DNA from: an uncultured bacterium
Lineage (GTDB): Bacteria; Chloroflexota; UBA5177; JANWHV01
Assembly (NCBI GenBank): GCA_963827235.1
Contig: CAWHAE010000012.1
Location: forward strand, 896,001 to 960,000
Length of the DNA: 64,000 bases
Direction of reading: 5' to 3'
In this document: in pieces, positions 58,186 through 64,000 of the stretch
Numbering within the stretch: the stretch's first letter is position 1
Layout of the letters: the number at the start of each line of letters is the position of its first letter
Translations under genes and position numbers: made by a program
The notes under the pieces: model-generated
Seen by the model: only the letters and a program-made list of their open reading frames with translations
What the model was told of the DNA's origin: nothing
The model's database searches: none

Positions 58186-59331
58186 CTAGGCGCCCTCCAG
58201 CGCTTCGGCGTAGATCTCGGCCACCTGTTCCGTTGTGCGGCACCAGTCGAACCGGCTCGACTGAGCGAGCCCGCGGCGTACGAGGTCCGCGCGAAGTTCG
58301 CCGTCGCCCGCCATACGGCACAGTGCCTCGGCCATGCATCCTCCGTCCTCGGCATCCACGAGGATCGCTGCATCGCCTGCCACCTCGACCAGGCTGCTGT
58401 TGCGTGCCGTGATCACCGGGCAGCCGCAGGCCATCGCTTCCGCCACGGGCAGGCCAAAGCCTTCGTAGAGCGACGGGTACACGAACGCCGCCGCGGATCT
58501 GTACCAGAGCGGTTGATCCTCGTCCGCCACGTAACCGGGGAACTGCACGCAGTCCTCGAGGCCAAGAGCCTTCACACGCTCGAAGATCTCCTCGTACAGC
58601 CAACCTTTGGCGCCGACCAGCACGAGCGGCCAGTCAACGCCCTTGAGACGGGCGGCATGGTAGGCGTCGACGAGGCGCACCAGGTTCTTGCGTGGCTCCA
58701 GCGTGCCCATAAAGAGAAAGTAGCGGTCGGGCAGCGCGTGCTCTTCGCGAAACCGAGCCAGGCGATCGTCGGCGAGCGGCTCGCGAAAGCGATCCTCCAC
58801 GCCAAGATAGGCCACGCGCACGCGCCGCTCGGGCACGCCGAGCAGCCGGACCACGTCGCGCTTGGTGTTCTGGGAGCTGGCGATCACGCGACGAGCGCCG
58901 CGCGCGCTGAGCCGCGTGAAGGTGGAGAGGTACCGGCGGCGTCCCGGCAGGAAACGCTCCGGGAACAGCAGAAAGCTCACGTCGTGAATCGTGACCACGC
59001 CGGGAATGCGCCTGGCGAGCGGTAGCACGTTCAGGGTGCCGTGAACCACGTCGATCCTGTGCCGGGTGAGAAGGGCGGGCAGGGCCGTCTGTTCCCACAG
59101 AATGCGCTGCGCGGGCTTCTCCGTGTTGAGCCTGCTGCGTACCACCTCAAAGCGGCCGTCGCCGTGCAGCGACAGCGCCGTACAATCGGCGTTGGTAAAG
59201 ATGGTGTACTGGTTGGGTGTGGAGAGCGACGGCAGCGTGCGGAGCAGGTGATAGATGAAAGCTGCTGCACCGGCGTTGCGATACGTTCGCGCGAAGGTCA
59301 ACAATTGCGCATTGATACCGATCCGCGCCAT
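58186..59331 (-). CDS. GT4 glycosyltransferase
   Basis: VVTIHD, GTLEPRKN, FVYPSLYEGFGLP..EAMACG. Confidence 0.95.
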   Translation of the reverse strand: MARIGINAQLLTFARTYRNAGAAAFIYHLLRTLPSLSTPNQYTIFTNADCTALSLHGDGRFEVVRSRLNTEKPAQRILWEQTALPALLTRHRIDVVHGTLNVLPLARRIPGVVTIHDVSFLLFPERFLPGRRRYLSTFTRLSARGARRVIASSQNTKRDVVRLLGVPERRVRVAYLGVEDRFREPLADDRLARFREEHALPDRYFLFMGTLEPRKNLVRLVDAYHAARLKGVDWPLVLVGAKGWLYEEIFERVKALGLEDCVQFPGYVADEDQPLWYRSAAAFVYPSLYEGFGLPVAEAMACGCPVITARNSSLVEVAGDAAILVDAEDGGCMAEALCRMAGDGELRADLVRRGLAQSSRFDWCRTTEQVAEIYAEALEGA

Positions 59332-60122
59332 ACCACTCCCGCGTGACCACGACGCCAAGGACGCCCGATCTTCACCGCCTTCTCCGCTCGCGCCGGAGGC
59401 GCATGCGACTCCGGCCGAGCGTGGACAATGATGTGAGTATACCGCGAGCGGCCGTGACGGCACGCCGATCCGGCTTGCCACTACAGATTCGCCCTGGCCA
59501 CCGTGGTCATGCAATAGTTGTCTCTACCTGTGGCCAGATTACAGTTCTACGGCACGGACACGTACATGCTCATCGCCAGACTGCCCCACTTGTACTTAGG
59601 CGACTGTGAGCTGAGTGGGCTGTGTCTAGCCGGCCCATGGGGACCGCCCTTGTAGGTGGCCGCCGGCATCGTGGTTCCTGCACCGAGCGCACGGTTAGTC
59701 CCACCACAGTTCCAGCAGGCGCGCCGGCCGGTCGTCGTGCAGGCTGGGACATACGAAATCGACGTACCCCCTGCTCGACCACCTCCAGCAGGTCGAGTTG
59801 TAGCTGCTGCACCCAGGCTTGCAAGTCCTCGAGATGCAAGGCGTCCCGTAGGAGGAACAAGCGGTGGCCGCCTCGAACGTGATGGGCAAGCCGCCTACGT
59901 GCCCATACGTCGGGTGCGCCAGGTGTTGCGGTGCGCCGCCTTACCCGGGCGCAGACCTCGGCAGCCGAGCTTTACCGCCTGAAGCCGCTCACTCATGTTG
60001 CGATTGGGGCATACGGCATGTAGGGCGAGGCCATGTCGTCGAGTGCCGGTAGGGAGCGTCCGGCATGGATGAGCCTGCACCGGCAGCCGAAGGCGGAGCG
60101 TGGCTGGCGCGCTGGCAGCAGC

Positions 60123-60184
60123 TTGCCCCTCGTCCTTTGGCCCTGATTGACAGGGGGCAACTCGAATCGTAGCATGGGGGCAAG
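60123..60184 (+). promoter_or_regulatory. Sigma70 promoter of the LCCL-Hcp operon with GGGGCAA repeats
   Basis: TTGACA(60147)-17 nt-TAGCAT(60170); TTGCCCC at 60123 (inverted); GGGGGCAA at 60153 and 60176. Confidence 0.65.
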
Positions 60185-60253
60185 TCTGCTTGAGCTCGCT
60201 GAAGGACGAGCCCAAACGGCCGTCCCAGCGAAGATTGAGTCCGGGAGGTGCCT

Positions 60254-61504
60254 ATGGCGCTGCGACTGGCTCGGCTGGCGTTTGCCTCACTGATCATCGT
60301 ACCGCTTGCGCTCCTCAACCGCTCTCCCGGTCAGCTCTCCTCGGCAAGAGCGTCGAGCGCGACCGGCATCGCATCGGCTCGACACGCTGCGCTGTCCAAC
60401 GCCGCCGTCAGTCGCGTCACAGCGGCGGCTCTGCCTGCCTTGACGGTGCCCGGTGGGGCGGACTGGGCGGCATCGGCGAAGGACGTGCCCGGCGATGCCG
60501 GAACACAGTCTCTGTTCGTCTGCCCCGCCAAAGGTACGCTAGACCAACCAGTGTGGGGCACAGACACCTATACCGATGATTCGGCCGTCTGTGTGGCCGC
60601 TGTCCACACCGGGGCGATCACGGTGGACGACGGCGGCTTCGTCACCATCGAGATTCGACCGGGGCTCGACAGCTACGCGGGCAGCACGCGCAACGGCGTG
60701 ACGAGTGAGGACTTTGGCTCATGGGATCGGAGCTTTGCCATCGTCACTGCCATCAGAGGCAGTGGCGAGGACGGCGTGGCCGTGGGAGGCGGCTCGTGGG
60801 ACGCGACGGCCACGGATTTTGCGGACTCGACAGGATCCCGGTACCTGTACCTTTGCCCACCGGGTGGCCACGCCAGGCGTGTATGGGGCACGTACACCTA
60901 CACATCCGACTCATCTGTCTGCACGGCAGCTGTGCACATAGGACTCATCACCGCCGCGGCCGGCGGCTACGTGACGGTGCTCTTGGGTGGCGGTGCTGAC
61001 TCGTTCGAAGGCTCAGCACGGAACGGCGTGACGACCAGCGACTATGGTTCATGGGGAGCCACATTCACGTTTCCCTCTGCGCCGCTACCGGCCACAGCGA
61101 CCGCCTCAGCGGCTCAGACTGTGCCTTCGACGAGTCCGTCTGCGACACCAACCGCGACGGCAACTCCTGCGCCGGTCCTGGCGCCGCAGATCCGGGTGAG
61201 CTATCACTACCTCGCAGGGTACCGCGCGATCGTGGCAGGCACAGTGCTGCCCGTGCGCGTGATGGCCACGCCGGGCAGCACTGTGACGGTACGCATATCG
61301 CTGCGGCTAGATGAGCCGAACTCGTCTGCAGTCGTGTTCAAACGGCAGAACAGTGTCAAGATCGGCGACATGGGCGTCGCCACGGCGGCGGTGTACATAG
61401 ACACCCGACCGACGCGGTGGGAGTTCGCCGTGCTGACCGTTTCGGCTATCGCGGCCGATGGTAGTAGCGATACGCAGCATCTGCAGGTCGTCATCTTTCC
61501 TTGA
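60254..61504 (+). CDS. Secreted protein: two LCCL domains, Thr/Pro linker, beta-sandwich-like C-terminus
   Basis: Signal peptide; CP...VWGTDTYTDDSAVCVAAVHTG...GSTRNGVTS and CP...VWGTYTYTSDSSVCTAAVHIG...GSARNGVTT. Confidence 0.88.
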   Translation: MALRLARLAFASLIIVPLALLNRSPGQLSSARASSATGIASARHAALSNAAVSRVTAAALPALTVPGGADWAASAKDVPGDAGTQSLFVCPAKGTLDQPVWGTDTYTDDSAVCVAAVHTGAITVDDGGFVTIEIRPGLDSYAGSTRNGVTSEDFGSWDRSFAIVTAIRGSGEDGVAVGGGSWDATATDFADSTGSRYLYLCPPGGHARRVWGTYTYTSDSSVCTAAVHIGLITAAAGGYVTVLLGGGADSFEGSARNGVTTSDYGSWGATFTFPSAPLPATATASAAQTVPSTSPSATPTATATPAPVLAPQIRVSYHYLAGYRAIVAGTVLPVRVMATPGSTVTVRISLRLDEPNSSAVVFKRQNSVKIGDMGVATAAVYIDTRPTRWEFAVLTVSAIAADGSSDTQHLQVVIFP

Positions 61505-61579
61505 GAGGTGACGGAAAGTCCGCAGTATCGAAGGCGCGCATGACTGCGTAGCAGGCAAGGAAGAAGGGAGAACGTGACC

Positions 61580-62089
61580 GTGGCCTATGAGTTTTACCTC
61601 CAGCTCGTCGGACGGAAGACGGGCCAAATCAAAGGTGCGTCGACCAGAAAGGGCTATGAGGGCTGGATACCGGGCCTCCACATGTCCCACTCCATCGTCT
61701 CCCCGCGAGATGCGCAGAGTGGCTTGCCGACCGGCCAGCGCTTGCACAGGCCGTTCACCTTCATCAAAGCCTGGGATGCAAGCAGCGCCTTGCTGCTGAA
61801 CATGCTCTGTACAAATGAGGAGGTATCGAAGTGCACCATTGACTTCGTGCATACGGTGATGGTACCGGGCGGCGCGTCACTGCAGCCGTACTTCACGATT
61901 CAACTCACAGACGCCAACTTTGCGTCGTATGACGCATTCACCGCGAACGCCGATCAGCTGAACCTGTACGACGCCGAAGACCTGGAGGAGTGGTCCCTTA
62001 CCTACCAGAGTATCGACTGGTCCGTGCCATCCGGGATCTCGGCCACCGATGACCGGGTACGAATGTCGCCCGCCACATTGGGCAGTTGA
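61580..62089 (+). CDS. hcp: Hcp/TssD-family tube protein (orphan)
   Basis: AYEFY..L.G.K.G.IKG.S, SPRDAQSGLPTGQRLHRPFTF.K.WDASS.LL, TNE, PYFTI.LTDA, EEWSLTYQSI.W. Confidence 0.9.
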   Translation: MAYEFYLQLVGRKTGQIKGASTRKGYEGWIPGLHMSHSIVSPRDAQSGLPTGQRLHRPFTFIKAWDASSALLLNMLCTNEEVSKCTIDFVHTVMVPGGASLQPYFTIQLTDANFASYDAFTANADQLNLYDAEDLEEWSLTYQSIDWSVPSGISATDDRVRMSPATLGS

Positions 62090-62105
62090 CAGGGGGATAC
62101 AAGCG

Positions 62106-62657
62106 ATGAACGATATCGAGAAGGCGCTGTATGGGCTCTCCGAGCGAGTTGCAGCGCTGGAGGTCGAGAACGCTCGGCTGCGTGCCGAGCACCACGGACG
62201 GACTCAGGCGGTCAGTGGAACGGCCACGTATAGCCGGCGCGGTCTGCTGGCCGGGAGCGCCGGGATGCTCGGCGCCGTGGCGGCCGCAGTGACGCAGGTG
62301 CCTGTGGCAGCCGGTGCCGCTCCCGCGTCGAACGAGGGGGTCGTACAGGCCACGCAGTACCGTGAGCCGCACATCCTCGGCACCCGAGTGCGGCTGACGC
62401 CTCAGCACGGGGGCGGCGCCTACTCCGCACGCTACGTCTGGGACATGGATGGAACCTTCGCCGGTGACGAGCCCCCAGCCGTGATCGCGGCTGCCTCAGA
62501 CGACTATCACGGGAGCAGTGAGCGCGCCGAGCCCACGATTGCCGTTGCGCTACGGCGGAGCGGGCGTACGTGGCAGGCAGAGATAGTAGTGAACCACGTC
62601 GGCCACCTGGCAGCCGAAGTGACGTTGAACGCGATCGCATTCGGCTCGCGGTCGTAG
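62106..62657 (+). CDS. Hypothetical protein: N-terminal coiled coil, twin-arginine-like signal, small beta domain
   Basis: LSERVAALEVENARLRAE; SRRGLL followed by a hydrophobic run and AGA-AP; SD AGGGGG. Confidence 0.75.
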   Translation: MNDIEKALYGLSERVAALEVENARLRAEHHGRTQAVSGTATYSRRGLLAGSAGMLGAVAAAVTQVPVAAGAAPASNEGVVQATQYREPHILGTRVRLTPQHGGGAYSARYVWDMDGTFAGDEPPAVIAAASDDYHGSSERAEPTIAVALRRSGRTWQAEIVVNHVGHLAAEVTLNAIAFGSRS

Positions 62658-62752
62658 CTCACAGAGCATCCGCTCAAGCAAGTCCAAGAATCCAGCGTCC
62701 GAGACGAGGGCGCCAGACGCGTGCGAGCCGGTGAATTCACATGTCAGGTCGC

Positions 62753-63430
62753 TCAAACGCGCTGTGCCCGCTTCAACTCGACGATGATGCCCCAATCATC
62801 GGTCTCGCCAATGTTTTCGACGTCGTGCCAGCCTCCAGCCGACCAGTTGGCGACGCCCTGGCGGATGTCCGTCTCCCGCGCCGTGCCGTCAGGCAAGGAG
62901 AAGCGCACCCGTGCGGTGCTCAGGGCATAGGCCACGCACGGCGGGTGCGAGTGCATCCCGGTGCTCTCGCCAGGCCTGATTCGCAGTTCCAGCACGCGCA
63001 CCGCGTCATTATCGAGCAGCACGGTGTGGTCCTTCGGCGGCACGGAGGCAGCGGGAGCAGCGGCATCGGGCATCACCGCCTGCGTGCTGAAATCCACGGC
63101 GACGTACGGCGCTTCGCCGATCACCCAGGTGTCATGGCCTGCCGGTATGGCGAAGGCATCCCCCGCCGCCACCTCGCGCTCGGTACCGTCGGCCATACGA
63201 ATTCCGGCCCGGCCCGACACGACGTAGCCGGTGTGCGGGATCATGCACAGGTCGGTCCCCGCCGCCGGCCTGGCATGCTCCGTCCAGCGAAAACCTGGCT
63301 GGAAGGTGACCCGATTCGCCACGGTCTCGCCAAGTTGGATTACCTCGACGCGGGCCATGCTTCCCATCGGGAAGGTCTGGTCCGGCACATCAAAGCTCTT
63401 GGCCAGGGTCAGGGTGGTCATGGTGGTCAT
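62753..63430 (-). CDS. Two-domain cupin protein
   Basis: FQPGFRW.EH..P.AGT..C...H.GYVVSG...IPAGHD.WV.G; second domain VLLDND.VRVLE...PGE...MHSHP...WHDVENIG. Confidence 0.85.
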   Translation of the reverse strand: MTTMTTLTLAKSFDVPDQTFPMGSMARVEVIQLGETVANRVTFQPGFRWTEHARPAAGTDLCMIPHTGYVVSGRAGIRMADGTEREVAAGDAFAIPAGHDTWVIGEAPYVAVDFSTQAVMPDAAAPAASVPPKDHTVLLDNDAVRVLELRIRPGESTGMHSHPPCVAYALSTARVRFSLPDGTARETDIRQGVANWSAGGWHDVENIGETDDWGIIVELKRAQRV

Positions 63431-63516
63431 GGGCTTGTCCTCCGTTTCTCCTGCTCGTCGCGCGGGCCTCATCAGGCCCACTGCGTCCAGCCTACGCGGG
63501 ACATCGCCGCGTGCCG

Positions 63517-63576
63517 TCCCCCAGAGGGGATAGTCTGGCGCGCCGGAGGGGGATATATTCGCTCCCCAGGGGGATA
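63517..63576. repeat. Three phased GGGGATA repeats, probable LuxR-type operator upstream of the cupin gene
   Basis: GGGGATA at 63526, 63549 and 63570; the first lies within the palindrome TCCCC-CAGA-GGGGA. Confidence 0.65.
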
Positions 63577-63607
63577 GAGGCGCAACGCGTTGGTGTACCC
63601 CGTGGGC

Positions 63608-64000
63608 CTATAATGCCCCGGGCGCCCGTGCCAGTCCCTGATCGACCGCCCACCCGGCGATCTGCGTGCGGGAAGTAAAGCCCAGCTTGCTCAGAATGTG
63701 CTTGACATGCAGCCGGGCCGTACCCTCGGTGATGAAGAGGGCACCACCAATCTGGCGGTTCGTCAGGCCCTGCGCGACCAGCGCCACTACCTCCCGCTCG
63801 CGGACAGTCAGGCCGAGCTCCTGACGGTTACCGGGCGGGTCGCCTGCCTGCTCGGCAAGTGCCTCGGTGATCATCCGCTCTAGTGGCAGTGCGCGCCCCG
63901 CCGCCCAGGCTGCCGCCAGCCCGGCCTTGCCCAATCTGCCGAGGACCTCGCTCAGGGTGCGGTCATAACTGGCTTCGTTGGCAGGCCACATCGTGGCCCC
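63608..64000 (-). CDS. C-terminus of a large LuxR-family (probably ATPase/TPR) regulator; 5' part outside the window
   Basis: AAWAAGRAL..E....AL then LTVREREVVALVAQGLTNRQIG..LFITEGT...HVKHILSKLG..SRTQIA.W. Confidence 0.9.
   Translation of the reverse strand, partial: GATMWPANEASYDRTLSEVLGRLGKAGLAAAWAAGRALPLERMITEALAEQAGDPPGNRQELGLTVREREVVALVAQGLTNRQIGGALFITEGTARLHVKHILSKLGFTSRTQIAGWAVDQGLARAPGAL

Noticed and set aside
59570-59990. Short minus-strand ORFs, one Cys-rich and ending LLELWWD (RiPP precursor or DUF4253 remnant?)
   Set aside because: No clear RBS, no modifying enzymes nearby, and the similarity is limited to a few residues.
61580-62089. Calling a type VI secretion system
   Set aside because: Only hcp is present; no other core component is in the window.
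1-64000. CRISPR arrays, tRNA/rRNA genes, IS elements
   Set aside because: I saw no spaced direct repeats, tRNA arms or transposase motifs by eye; a covariance-model scan would be needed to exclude small RNAs.

Overview
A GC-rich bacterial chromosomal window, most likely from a peptidoglycan-making Chloroflexota (inference from the CpaF N-terminus MSLLKRIE, a GAAC-N4-GTT(C/T) SOS box and a Re-citrate-synthase-like gene). Left to right it holds: a glycan-use locus (GH38 alpha-mannosidase cut by the left edge, URO-D-like protein, GH3 NagZ-type hexosaminidase, LacI, ATPase-less Opp-type transporter) interleaved with a HipA-like kinase/DUF3037 pair and murJ; dedA; fhaA-fhaB-rodA-pbpA; a convergent Psp locus (htpX-pspAB versus pspA with two pspAA copies); an SOS-boxed ssb; fused ahbAB; comF and DUF192; vapBC; a Tad pilus cluster with a decayed receiver/CpaE remnant; three GT-C-like membrane proteins; a complete Opp/Dpp operon whose oppD appears to start at AUU; an ECF sigma/anti-sigma pair; rsmG; PBP2; a Re-citrate-synthase-like enzyme with a divergent stand-alone HTH; an EPS cluster with a dead BY-kinase; an LCCL-Hcp-Tat protein operon; a bicupin; and a LuxR C-terminus at the right edge. 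I saw no rRNA, tRNA, CRISPR array or transposase. The best candidate for an undescribed system is the orphan Hcp operon at 60.1-62.7 kb. All family calls come from motif recognition by eye, with no database searches.
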